Source of the DNA: Eledone cirrhosa | Lineage: Eukaryota | Assembly (NCBI GenBank): GCA_964016885.1 | Contig: OZ024763.1 | Coordinates: 25,730,001 to 25,794,000, forward strand | Direction of reading: 5' to 3' | Length of the DNA stretch: 64,000 bases | Shown here: positions 1 through 17,300 of the stretch, piece after piece | How positions within the stretch are numbered: the first letter of the stretch is position 1 | How the letters are laid out: each line of letters starts with the position of its first letter | Made by a program: the position numbers and the translations under genes | The notes under the pieces: model-generated | What the model was told of the DNA's origin: nothing | What the model saw: the letters and a program-made list of their open reading frames with translations, nothing else | Databases searched by the model: none

Positions 1-678
1 GTGAAGTTTGGGTTTGAAATAAATTTTTTGTGACATCAGTCCTGGAACTTTTCTGACACACCTCATATATATATATATATAGTAGTAGTAGTTCCACAAC
101 AGTTAGTTCACCATACCGAGAACAAATGTTTCTCGTTATTACTCGGTATGGTGAACTAACTGTTGTGGAACTACTACTACCAAACTCGTCCCATGGACTA
201 AGTGCTCTACTACTACGGATATAACATTCCAGTGTTCTACTATTATATATATATTAAAATATGTTATCAAACACTTATTCACTTCATAATTCGATTTACA
301 ATTGTTTCATCCGCGCGGGACTTATCAAAACCGATTATTTTATAAATAATTACCTCTGTGTATGTATGTCTGTCTGTCTGTCTGTGTGTATGTGTGTTTG
401 TGTGTCTGTGTCTCTGTTTGTGTGTGTGTGAAAACGAATTTCTTTACATATATATTGCAAGAGATGTCAACATGAATGGACCTGTTATTTTTATCTAAAG
501 ACATTTTTTCCAATTCCAACCCGCCTGTCGCCTCAACCTATCTTATTTCTCATTCTTTCTTCTGATGGAGGACTAGCATCCGAAACGTTAAGACCCTCTT
601 CCTGCTATATCAAGTGTTAACCTAATATATTCCTTCCATATACTGTACAGATTGTGTTGTTATTTCTGTTTACCTTTT

Positions 679-713
<35 letters not shown>

Positions 714-881
714 ATATAGAAATGGCTTCTACAGGATTAGAACTGTTTCATTCACACAAAGTAAAATATTTCGTTTTAATCATTTTCTAAACCAGAAAAA
801 AGAGAGAAATAATAAAAAGGGAAAAAAAAATATTTTTCTTCCTAATAATCGTCTTTTTCTCTGTTTTCATATATATATATG

Positions 882-1207
882 TGGAGGCGCATGGCTTAGT
901 GGTTAGAGCATTGGCCTTGCAATCGAAAGGTTGTGAGTTCAATTCTCAGACCGGGTGATGAGTTGTTTCCTTGAGCAAGACACTTTATTTCACGTTGCTC
1001 CAGTTTACTCAGCTGTAGAAATGAGATATGGACTGAGATCCCTATCATTCCACTGCAAAGTGGTCGTGGAGGTGCCACGGCAAAAAAGCACCCGGCACTC
1101 ACTGTAAATGAGGTTGGGCATCCAGCTGTAGAAATCAAGCCAGAATCAGTTCCCGTCCCACCCTTGCAAGCAGGGAAAAGCAGACATAAAATGAAATGAT
1201 GAAATGA

Positions 1208-1210
<3 letters not shown>
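882..1210 (+). mobile_element. tRNA-derived SINE family A with RTE-type tail; other copies 10367-10710(+), 30355-30698(-), 32735-34155(-), 35477-35803(+), 57403-57796(+); head+core copies 26445-26557(-), 30134-30335(+), 45960-46272(-), 47120-47282(-)
   Basis: Pol III A box TGGCTTAGTGG, B box GAGTTCAATTC, conserved core CCTTGAGCAAGACACTT..CAGCTGTAGAAATGAG, tail shared with the LINE 3' UTR, TGA repeats. Confidence 0.85.
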
Positions 1211-1252
<42 letters not shown>

Positions 1253-1303
1253 TATGTAGTGACGAAACATAAGTCAATTGCATGATCTCATAATCCTTTA
1301 TTT

Positions 1304-1359
1304 ACTGCTATATATATTTCGATGATGGCCATTGAATGGCTATGACCTCATCAGGCAGT
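1304..1359 (-). ncRNA. Minimal type-I hammerhead ribozyme motif
   Basis: actgc CTGATGA [stem II] GAAA tatata TA gcagt. Confidence 0.7.
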
Positions 1360-1855
1360 TAGTCAGTTCTTAGATATGCCAGCTGTGTGTGTATAGTGTT
1401 GATGGTATCAGAGCCTTGGGACATATATATATATATATAATTATCACATATATATATATAATTATCATCGTTTAACGTCTATCTTCCACTCTAGCATGGG
1501 TTTATATATATATATATATATAGATAGGTATGAAGATAAGTAGAAAGGAAGACAGGTAGTTAGGTAGGCACCTGTAAAGAACTGGTTAGGTAAGTAAACC
1601 AGGTGATGGCACGTTGCAGGAACACCAACCTGTGACACTGTGACACCTTCCATTGGAGAAAGTTGGACAAATATTTAACTATTTAGCACACAGTCAATAT
1701 TATTGTAGTTGATATATTTTTCTGAGTTCAAATCCCACCAAGGTTGACTTTGCCTTTCATCCTTACGGGGTCGATAAAATAAAGTACCAGTAATGCACTG
1801 GGTAATTTGCTGGCCTTGTGCCTAAAGTAGAAACAATTATTGTAGTTGATATATT

Positions 1856-5633
<3,778 letters not shown>

Positions 5634-5704
5634 AAATCAAATAATTGTGAAATATCACATAATCTTCATTATTTACCAGTGACTATTACATTGGTACACT
5701 ACCA

Positions 5705-7200
5705 TTCTCCTACCCTACCACCCTTCCATACCACCCTACCATTCCACTGTTATGTCTACACTACTACACCCCTACCTTACCACCCTACCATACCACTGCT
5801 ATGTCTACACTACTACACCCCTACCTTACCACCCTACCATACCACTGCTATGTCTACACTACTACACCCCTACCTTACCACCCTACCATTCCACTGTTAT
5901 GTCTACACTACTACACCCCTACCTTACCACCCTACCATACCACTGCTATGTCTACACTACTACACCCCTACCTTACCACCCTACCATACCACTGCTATGT
6001 CTACACTACTACACCCCCACCATACCATCCTACCATACCACTGCTATGTCTACACTACTACACCCCTACCTTACCACCCTACCATACCACTGCTATGTCT
6101 ACACTACTACACCCCTACCTTACCACCCTACCATACCACTGCTATGTCTACACTACTACACCCCTACCCTACCACCCTACCATACCACTGCTATGTCAGT
6201 ACACTACTACACCCCTACCTTACCACCCTACCATACCACTGCTATGTCTACACTACTACACCCCTACCCTACCATCCTACCATTCCACTGTTATGTCAGT
6301 ACACTACTACACCCCTACCTTACCACCCTACCATACCACTGCTATGTCTACACTACTACACCCCTACCCTACCATCCTACCATACCACTGCTATGTCTAC
6401 ACTACTACACCCCCACCATACCATCCTACCATACCACTGCTATGTCAGTACACTACTACACCCCTACCACCCTACCACCCTACCGCCCTACCATTCCACT
6501 GTTATGTCAGTACACTACTACACCCCTACCTTGCCACCCTACCATACCACTGCTATGTCTACACTACTACACCCCTACCCTACCACCCTACCATACCACT
6601 GCTATGTCTACACTACTACACCCCTACCCTACCACCCTACCATACCACTGCTATGTCTACACTACTACACCCCCACCATACCATCCTACCATACCACTGC
6701 TATGTCTACACTACTACACCCCTACCCTACCACCCTACCATACCACTGCTATGTCAGTACACTACTACACCCCTACCTTACCACCCTACCATACCACTGC
6801 TATGTCTACACTACTACACCCCTACCCTACCATCCTACCATTCCACTGTTATGTCAGTACACTACTACACCCCTACCTTACCACCCTACCATACCACTGC
6901 TATGTCTACACTACTACACCCCTACCCTACCATCCTACCATTCCACTGTTATGTCAGTACACTACTATACCCCTACCCTACCACCCTACCATACCACTGC
7001 TATGTCTACACTACTACACCCCTACCCTACCATCCTACCATACCACTGTTATGTCAGTACACTACTACACCCCTACCTTACCACCCTACCATACCACTGC
7101 TATGTCTACACTACTACACCCCTACCCTACCATCCTACCATTCCACTGTTATGTCAGTACACTACTATACCCCTACCCTACCACCCTACCATACCACTGC
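5705..7200. repeat. 49/51-bp minisatellite, about 30 copies
   Basis: Unit ATGTCTACACTACTACACCCCTACCTTACCACCCTACCATACCACTGCT. Confidence 0.95.
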
Positions 7201-8873
7201 TATCATTATCATCACCATTATCATTATCATCATCATCACCATTATCATTATCATCATCATCACTATTACCATCACCATTTTCATTATCATCATCACCATC
7301 ATCATCACCATTTAATGTCTGCTTTCCCTGCTAGCAAGTTAGTATTGAAGTGGGGCTAGTGACCTCACAGATGGGCTGGGAGCCTACATCATCATGGTTT
7401 TAATTTCCCAGCCAGCAAGGGTCAGATTTGTCTACATAGACTGAAGCAGAGCTCCCGATCTCCCAGACCGGCCAAGGGGTCTATATCCTTCTTATGTACG
7501 GTCCTACCTTCTATGGAGTGCAGAGGGGAAGTTGTCATGTTTTTTTTAAAATATAAATTGAAGGATCTCCCCAACCCTTTGTTTGACAAGCTTTCTGCAG
7601 CCAGATGCCCTTATTGCCACCAACCACTTTATAGAGTGTACTGGGTGCTATTGGCACAAGGCCAGCTGTTATCCCAGTGTATTACTGGTACTTTATTTTA
7701 TCGACCCCGTAAGGATGAAAGACAAAGTTAACCTCGGCGTTCAAATCCCGCCGACGTTAAATTTGTCTTTCATCCTTACGGGGTCGATAAAATAAAGTAC
7801 CAGTAATACACTGGGATAACAGCTGGCCTTGTGCCAAAAGTAGAAACAATTATTGTGTAGATCACCAGCACTAGGTAGGCTGTCGCAGCCTTGACATGAC
7901 TGAAAGGGTTCTCCCAACCCTTTGTTTGACAAGCTTTCTACAGCCAGATGCCCTTATTGCCACCAACCACTTTACTGGGTGCTATTATTGTGTAGATCAT
8001 AGGGCGGTGATTTGGCAGTATCGGTAGAGCGTCAGACACCATGCTTTGCAGCATAGTTACGGCCCTTTGTGTTCTTAGTTCAAATCCCGCCGAGGTTAAC
8101 TCTGCTTTTCATCCTTACGAGGTCAATAAAATAAAGTACCAGTAATGCACTGGGATAATTACTGGCCTTGTGCCAAAAGTAGAAACAATTATTGTGTAGC
8201 CTTGACATTACTGAAGGCTTCTCCCAACACCTTGTTTGTCAAGCTTTCTACAGCTGGATGCCCTTATTGCCACCAAATACTTGACAGTGTGTACTGGGGT
8301 CTGTTATCATGTAGATCACCAACACTAGGGAGGCTGATATTTCTTTAAGACAACTAAAGGGACCTCCTAATCCCTTGTTTGGCAAGGTTTCTATGGTCGG
8401 ATACCCTTCCTAGAACCAGTAACGCACTGGGGTCGATTTAATTAGTGGTTACACACACAATACACAAAACAAACACACAACACAACACACAACACACAAC
8501 ACACCACACACCACACACAACACACAACATAGCACAACACACAACATAGCACAACACACAACATACATGCAACACAACACACAACACACAAAACACTCAC
8601 AAAACATACACACAGCACACACACCACTCACACAACACAACACAATACACAACACAAACACACACATGGTGTATTGCTATATAATTGTTGTTGTTATATA
8701 ATTCTTTCATGACCACATTTCTAATAAAATACACTCTATTTTAATTAATTAATGAAGAATTTTGAGGGATTTACTAAAATTATTAATTATTTCATTACTA
8801 AACTAGTAACTTAATGGAAGGTTCTTATATAAAATTATGTTGGAAAATTTCAATTTAAATTGGAAACCTTTAA

Positions 8874-9073
8874 CCTTTTAACATTTGCATATATTATTGT
8901 ATTTTTGCGGTAAAGGCTTTATTATACATAATTATCTCACTTAGTATCGAATCTTTGAGATTTTGAGGTTATTTATTTTGAGAACGATACCTTAACATAA
9001 GTATGAGTGGCCAGTTGCAGCCAGTTAGGTGAAAGAATTCTGGCCAGATGTAGCCGGTTTAAATGTTAAAGGG
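8874..9073. mobile_element. piggyBac-type MITE (200 bp)
   Basis: TTAA at 8870-8873 and 9074-9077; 13-bp TIR CCTTTTAACATTT / AAATGTTAAAGGG; empty-site paralog with a single TTAA near 11104. Confidence 0.8.
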
Positions 9074-9295
9074 TTAAAATGGGTGGTTATATTTTATAGA
9101 ACCAGAACTGGTTTTGGCCAGGATGGTAAGTTAGTAACTTAATATAAGGTTCTTATATAAAACTACACCACCAATGACGCGTTGGGTCACATTCTCTTAA
9201 AAGTATTTTTTTAAAATCATGTTCACTTAAAAATAATTTTTAAATAATTAAAATATACAGACATGTATATAATGTAAAATGAAATTGGAAGGCCC

Positions 9296-9331
<36 letters not shown>

Positions 9332-9911
9332 AAATTGGTCGTTTTGGAAGCCTCAACAATGCAGATGGGTAAATCTCCAGGTAACAGAATCAGGTGGTAA
9401 TGAGAGAGATGTAAGAGGAAATGTAGAGTGAGACGTATAGGGTGTAGAGGAACATAGGAAAGAGTGTAAAAATAATAACATGAGATAGAGTTACCTTGGA
9501 AGTGATTTAATTGTCCCTATATTTCGGATTTCACATCCATCAACTGGGGGTTTTCCGATGGGGAAAGTTTTTAGTTGGAGAGGGACAACACGTGGCCTCA
9601 GTTGTCTGCCATTTGTGTACAACTGAAATATCCTGTAGGGCGCGCGGAATAGCTGCGGTCAGGCAAAGATCGAGGCAGTTCTTCTTTACTAGGGTAGTGG
9701 GATGGATTGTTTCGCTGTCAATTTATTATATTACTTATATTCAGTCTTTGATACTGGCAGTATTGGTAGTCTGCCTGATTGTTGTTTGTTGGTCGGTGGA
9801 TGGTGGACACGCTAAACACACAATAACAATCGTTCGATTGCCACTGTGTGTGTGTTGTTGTTTCGTTTGTTTACACCAGCCACCTCGTCTCGCTTCTCTT
9901 GGATCAGTTAT

Positions 9912-10152
9912 TTATTTGTGGTCCTGGCGTTTGATCCAAAGTGCTTCCTTGATTCTTAACGTGCCGACATTGCGTTCCGTCGCTAACACTGTGACAATGG
10001 GCTTTCCGTCTTTGTTTCCGCATTTGGTTATATGTTTCCGGAAAGAAGAGGCCCTGGTGTCGATGTGCTCCTTGATCCGGACATGTAGTGGCCGGATTGT
10101 GCTACTGATGTAGTAGTAGTTGCACTTGTCACATTCTACCTTGTATACAACG
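9912..10152 (-). mobile_element. Penelope-like element remnant: GIY-YIG endonuclease fragment
   Basis: VVYKVECDKCNYYYISSTIRPLHVRIKEH...LRIKEALWIK: VVY/YI(G), CxxC, RxxEH and catalytic E typical of PLE GIY-YIG. Confidence 0.8.
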
Positions 10153-11297
10153 TACGTGTGTGTGTGTGTGTGTGTATATATACATATGTATGTGTGTATG
10201 CATGTTCTCTCTCTATGTCTCTCTTTCATCTACTGTCTCACAACCATTATCTCTTTCTCTCTATCTTTCTCTCTCTCTGTTTATGAAGGTACCCGAAAAA
10301 ACCCTATATCTCAGGAACCTGTGCTCCGATTTACGTGAAACTTGTTTTATTCCATTTGTATTCCCATGGAGGCACATGGCTTAGTGGTTAGAGCATTGGC
10401 CTTGCAATCGAAAGGTTGTGAGTTCAATTCTCAGACCGGGTGATGTGTTGTTTCCTTGAGCAAGACACTTTATTTCACATTGCTCCAGTTTACTCAGCTG
10501 TAGAAATGAGATGATAGGGGCTGGGGTCCCTATCATTCCACTGCAAAGTGGTCGTGGAGGTGCCACGGCAAAAAAGCACCCAGCACTCCCTGTAAATGAG
10601 GTTGGTGTTAGGAAGGGCATCCAGCTGTAGAAATCAAGCCAGAATCAGTTCCCGTCCCACCCTTGCAAGCAGGGAAAAAGTGGACGTAAAATGAAATGAT
10701 GAATGATGATTTCAGGTACAACTTCCTTTCAAAGTATTTTCCCATTATGCACTGTTTTAGCTGTATTAAATAACAGACAAGCACACAATCACAGAGTTTT
10801 AGTAACACAGAGGAGACTGAGGTTAGCTGGACATGCTCACCGACATCCAGAGTTGACATTGCACTCAGTGCTCCTACATGAGCCTCTGCATAGACAAACT
10901 GGAAGAGGAAGACCAAGGTTAACGTATGTTGATGCCCTAAGGACAGACACTGGTCTGTTGGAGACGCAGGACATGGCAGCGATAATGTGGGACAGAGACC
11001 GCTGGAGAGAAATCGTCCATGGATCTCAGGAATTTTACCCGCCTTAGATAGATAGATAGATAGATAGATGATGTTGGAAGATTTTAATTTAAATTGGAAA
11101 CCTTTAAAATGTGTGGTTTTATTTCATAGAACCAGAACTGGTTTTAGCCAGATTGGTAACTAAAGGGTTAACTCTATTTCTCTTTTTTTTTTTTTCCAGA
11201 TTTTCCACCACCCATCCAACCATCGGCCTCTACTGGCGTTAGACGAAGAGGAGGCAGAGAAGGAGGAGGAGGCACATTCGACAGAGGAGGAAGAGGA

Positions 11298-11520
11298 ATG
11301 GATGTTGGCCTGCGTGTGACACGAGGCCCCGACTGGAAGTGGGGCAACCAAGATGGTGGTGTTGGCAACATCGGCACCGTCATTGAAATTGGTAAACCTG
11401 GCAGTGCGACGTCACCCGACAAAACTGTTGTGGTTCAGTGGGATCATGGTTCTCGGACAAACTACCGCATCGGTTACCAGGGGGCCTACGACCTCAGAGT
11501 CTTCGACAATGCCCCGAGTG
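11298..11520 (+). CDS. MIB2: Mind bomb 2-like E3 ligase, first visible coding exon (Mib/HERC2 domain 1); exon probably starts at acceptor 11200
   Basis: [21 protein letters not shown]...[31 protein letters not shown]; poly-T+CAG acceptor ending 11199; donor G|GTCAGT at 11521, phase 1. Confidence 0.93.
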
Positions 11521-11537
11521 GTCAGTTCTGATTTCTA

Positions 11538-11588
<51 letters not shown>

Positions 11589-11594
11589 GCACTG

Positions 11595-12633
11595 AGGGCG
11601 GTGGATTGGCAGTATCGGTAGAGAGTCGGACACCATGCTTTGCAGCATAGAGTTACGCTCCTTTACAGTCTGAGTTCAAAATCAAAGGGTTAACTTTGCC
11701 TTTCATCCTTACGGGGTTGATTTAATCGACTTTCCCCTCCCCCAAAATTGCTGGCCTTGTGCCTATATAAGAAACCATTATTACACTGTCTCAAGGGCGG
11801 TGAATTGGCAGCATCGGTAGAGGGTCGGACATACTTTCCAGCATAGTTACGTCCCTTTACGATCTCAGTTCAAATCCCGCCGAGGTTAACTTTGCCTTTC
11901 ATCCTTACGGGGTCGATAAAATAAAGTACCAGTAATGTACTGGGTAATTGCTGGCCTTGTGCCAAAAGTAGAAACAATTATTATCATTAGACTAGTGAAT
12001 TTGAGGAGGAGAAGGGTGCCTTTCCCAGGTGCCCTCAAAGCATCGGCTGGTTCAGGATTGGTGGGGTGTCCCCTTGTGGCCAATAAATGAAACCATTATT
12101 ATTATTATTCGGTGGTGCCCTGATTAACTTTTTCAAATTTCATTTGAAAAGGAAAATCAGGGTAGAGAGGGAAGTGCTCTCTTCCCAGCATTTTGTTGAA
12201 AGATGGGTGAGAGAGGCAAGAATGGCCCGAGTGAATGGATCTACTCTGAGTATATGCCTGTAAATTGAAGGTGGAAAACTGGGAGAGGGCAGGGTCACCG
12301 TGGCTTTTTCTAATGGGCTTTCTCCACAATGGCCCTCGGAAGTCTCCCCCCTATTGGGGAATTTTTCATTGTTTTTTTTGTCACATCCTCTGTTTTTTGT
12401 TTTTTTACACGCAGAAATGCCCATTTCTACCGTCCTGTACTGTCCTTAATGTCTACTTTGTGTAAACCCTTGTGGTTAATAAAGAAAGCATTATTATTAT
12501 TATTACTCCAAGGTTAAGCTTTTCATCCTTACTGGGTCGATCAAATGAAGTACCAGTAATGTACTGAAGTAGATTTGATCGAATTTCCCTCCCCCAAAAA
12601 ATTGTTGGCTTTGTGCCTAAGTCTGAAACCAGA

Positions 12634-12665
<32 letters not shown>

Positions 12666-13865
12666 GTGGATTGGCAGTATCGGTAGAGAGTCGGATGCCA
12701 TGCTTTGACGCATAGAGTTACGGCCCTTTACGGTCCAAGTTCAAATCCCGCCGAGGTTAACTTTGCCTTTCATCCTTACGGGGTCGATAAAATAAAGTAC
12801 CAGTAATGCACCGGGTAATTGCTGGCCTTGTGCCAAAAGTAGAAACAATTATTATTATTATTATTGCAGTTAGGATGAGCTTCCAGCCATAGAAACTATA
12901 CAAGCGATACATAGTCACCTGACCAGTCTAGCTTCATTTATGGGACAACCTGTCTAACCCATGCAAGCATGGAAAATAGACAGTAAACGGTAATGCTGCT
13001 GCTGGTGATATTAATGTAAGTACGAGGGTCAACTGAAAAGTCAATAAGCTGACCAAGATACTCTCATGGAATGACCAAATGTGTATCTTTCAACATAGTC
13101 CCTGGAAAGAAACAATGCAGTTATTAATGGTTTTTTATATAGGCACAAGGCCAGCAATTTTGGGGGAGGGGACAGTCGATTAAATCAACCCCAGTGTATT
13201 ACTGGTACTCTATTTTATCGACGCCCATAAGGATGAAAGGCAAAATTAACCTCAGCGGGATTTGAACTCAGATCATAAAGGGGCATAACTCCGTGCTGCA
13301 AAGTATGGTGTCTGATGCGCTACTGATACTGCCAAACCAAATAATAATTGTTTCTACTTTAGGCACAAGGCCAAGAATTTTTTGATTAGATCGACCCCAG
13401 TGTGTGACTGGTACTTTATTTTATCGACCCCGTGATCATATATTGAATATGGCAGATGGTTTGTTGATAACAACAATAGTAATAAATGTTTCTACTTTTG
13501 GCACAAAGCCAGCAATTACCACAGTATATTACTGGTACTTTTATCAACCCCATAAGGATGAATGGCGACACTAACTGTGGCTGGATTTGAACCCAGAACA
13601 TAAAGGGGCGTAACTCTATGCTGGCATCTGGCCCTATTCCGATACTGCCAATCCACCACCCGAACAATAATAATAATTGTTTCTACGTTTGGCACAAGGC
13701 CAGCAATTATCCCAGTGTATTACTGGTACTTTATTTTATCGACCCCGTAAGGATGAAAGGCAAAGTTAACCTCGGCGGGATTTGAACCCAGATCATAAAG
13801 GGGCGTAACTCTATGCTGCAAAGCATGGCATCCGACACTCTACCGATACTGCCAATCCACCACCC
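11595..13865. mobile_element. Cluster of about 8 copies of tRNA-like SINE family B; other copies 1722-1855, 7651-7856, 8001-8195, 23359-23740, 39985-40162
   Basis: GGCGGTG.ATTGGCAGTATCGGTAGAG..GTTCAAATCCCGCCGAGGTTAACTTTGCCTTTCATCCTTACGGGGTCGATAAAATAAAGTACCAGT..GGCCTTGTGCC..(ATT)n. Confidence 0.85.
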
Positions 13866-14322
13866 AATACAGTTATTAATAAGAAGGTTTGAAATCAATA
13901 CATGCAAGATTTCACAGCTCTAGTATCACTCTTTCCTAGCCTACCCTCATATGTCAAATATTTCATGTAGTGTATTAGTAAAAGAAAGTTTTTCTCTACT
14001 TAATGCTAAACTCCTCACCTTGTTTGCAAAATATATACGAGATCAATAAGTAGATAAACAGTTCAATAATGCTCGATTGATATTTGTGAGTTTGATCTTT
14101 AAAGGTCCTGCTATATTAATGATACTTTGTGAAGAAACTTGTAGAAGCATTTAATCTTTGGTAATTAAAAAAATATATACCTGTTAGTATTGATGTGTAT
14201 ACCTATGTATATATACGTGTATATATATATATATGTGTGTGTGTGTTTGTATATATATATGTTGTGTGTGTGTGTGTCGTTGTATATGTATATATATATA
14301 CATACGTGTGTGTCTGTGTTTG

Positions 14323-14355
<33 letters not shown>

Positions 14356-15094
14356 TTGTATATATATATATTTATATGTATGTGGGTGTGTGTTTGTATA
14401 TATTTATATATATATGTTTGTATATATGTATATATATATATATATGTGTTTGTATATATTTATATAGAAATGTGTGTGTGTATGTATATATATATATACA
14501 TACATACAAACATATATATAAATATGTGTGTGTGTATGTATATATTTATATATATGTTTGTATGTATGTATATATATATGTGTGTGTGTATGTATATATT
14601 TATTTATATGTTTGTATGTATGTATATATATATATGTGTTTGTACATATTTATATATATATGTGTGTGTGTGTGTATGTGTTTGTATGTATATATATATA
14701 TGTGTGTGTTTGTACATATTTATATATATTTGTGTGTATGTGTTTGTATGTATATATATATATATATATGTGTGTTTGTACATATTTATATATATATATA
14801 TATATGTGTGTTGTGTATGTGTTTGTCTATATGTATATTATATATATGTGTGTGTGTGTTTGTATATATGTGTATATATATTTATATATAATAAATTGAT
14901 AAGTAAACACCTTAAAATTAATTCATAATTTCTTATATTTACCGTCACATGGAGTTCTGAAACTGTTTCTTTTTTGGCGCCATAATGCCTCTTGGAATGG
15001 CAAGGGAAGATCAAACGACAAACTGAGCTTTTTTATTGTACAAAATAATGTATATTGGAATGTATATGTGTTTATGTTAAAATATATATACCTA

Positions 15095-15163
<69 letters not shown>

Positions 15164-15216
15164 GTGTGTGTGTGTGTATATATATATATGTGTGTGTGTG
15201 TGTATATATATATATA

Positions 15217-15262
<46 letters not shown>

Positions 15263-16190
15263 CGTGTATATATATATATTTATATATATCATCATCCACA
15301 TGATATATATGTGTGCGTATTTATATTTACGTACATTTATATATACATGTCTATGTATATATATGTATATATAATAAAATTATATATTGTATATGAATAT
15401 ATATATAATATATATGTATAAATATATATATAATATATATGTATAAATATATATATAATATATATGTATATATATATAATATATATATATATGTATATAT
15501 ATATAATATATATATATGAATATATATATAATATATATATATGAATATATATATAATATATATGTATATATATATAATATATATATATATAATATATATG
15601 TATATATATATAATATATATATATATAATATATATATGTGAATATATATAATATATATGTGAATATATATAATATATATATATATAATATATATGTATAT
15701 ATATATAATATATATATATATAATATATATATGTGAATATATATAATATATATATGTGAATATATATATAATATATATGTATATATATAATATATATATA
15801 TATGAATATATATATAATATATATGTATATATATAATATATATATATATGGATATATATATATGAATATAAATATAATATATATGTATATATATATAATA
15901 TATATATATGCATATATATATATGAATATATAAATATAATATATATGTATATATATATAATATATATATATGCATATATATATATGAATATATATATATA
16001 ATATATATGTATATATATATAATATATATATATGGATATATATGAATATATTTATAATATATATGTATATATATATAATATATATATATGAATATATATA
16101 TAATATATATGTATATATATATAATATATAAGTATATATATATAATATATATGTATATATATATAATATATATGTATATATATATAATGT

Positions 16191-17300
16191 ATGAGATATA
16201 AGAATCAAAGAACTGTTCAAAACATTATTGTGCTTACAGCTGTTTCCTCCAAACCGAGGTTTGGATTCTTCGGAGCAATTTATTAATGCATGGACAGTTA
16301 TATGACCTCCTTTTCAGCCGAGAGACATACCAACACAATCAAACATTGATACATATTCAAACATTGTGGGTCAACATTCATTACAGAATTTAGAGTGGCA
16401 GTACACACTTCGAGATTACATTTATATTAATAGGTACAATCAAAAATCAATCTCGAAACGTAACAACCTCCTGTATCGAACTAAAGAACACCAGACTACG
16501 ATCTCTAACTGGATTGTCGTGGATTATGTGAAAGGCATATAATCGAAATATACACTCCCTTGACCATGAAAATGCCGAAGTACATGAATTACTTGACATC
16601 CCTGCGCTGTGCATCTCCAATACTTATAACACTTTTAATGCTTGTACTATCTTTAATGCTTATAATATTTCTCCACACACAGACTATATCAATCATATAA
16701 AGACTTTGCCACCAGATCTACCAACCTAACACTCTTATTTACCTACCTAAGTGCCTCTACCACACATATCTCTCTGCCACACTATATAAACAAGACGCAC
16801 ATGCGTGCCACACATATAACATTTGCACTATATAACCACTTATCTTCATGTTGTACTTTAACCTATATCTTTGATTTTTGATTGTACCTATTAATATAAA
16901 TGTAATCTCGAAGTGTGTACTGCCACTCTAAATTCTGTAATGAATGTTGACCCACAATGTTTGAATATGTATCAATGTTTGAATGTGTGTTGGTATGTCT
17001 CTCGGCTGAAAAGGAGGTCATATAACTGTCCATGCATTAATAAATTGCTCCGAAGAATCCAAACCTCGGTTTGGAGGAAACAGCTGTAAGCACAATAATG
17101 TTTTGAACAGTTCTTTGATTCTTATATCTCATATAACTGCTCTGTAAATCATCTGATGTTTTTACATTGAGCTACTTAACTTACTGGTAATAAGGTAGTA
17201 ATACATTACTGCCTACCACTATTTAGGGTGTGTGTAAAATACTTACAACTGCTTAAGGTTTTGTGTTTACATAACCATAAATAGTATAACTAATACTATA
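16191..17300 (+). mobile_element. Penelope-like element remnant with inverted pseudo-LTR arms (16191-16450 / 16871-17132)
   Basis: About 260-bp near-perfect inverted repeat, hammerhead motif in each arm, flanked by (TA)n; loop has a weak NLLYRTKEH GIY-YIG-like trace. Confidence 0.7.
17046..17092 (+). ncRNA. Minimal hammerhead motif (U4C variant); mirror copy 16231-16277(-)
   Basis: tgct CCGAAGA a-tccaaac-ctcg-gtttgga-g GAAA cagctg TA agca. Confidence 0.6.

Noticed and set aside
885-955. tRNA gene
   Set aside because: A/B boxes present but no acceptor stem; always fused to SINE body
13021-13110. Tc1/mariner/pogo-like termini (also about 21170-21192 and 42835-42930)
   Set aside because: Only one recognisable end each; no paired TIR/TSD to support an element call
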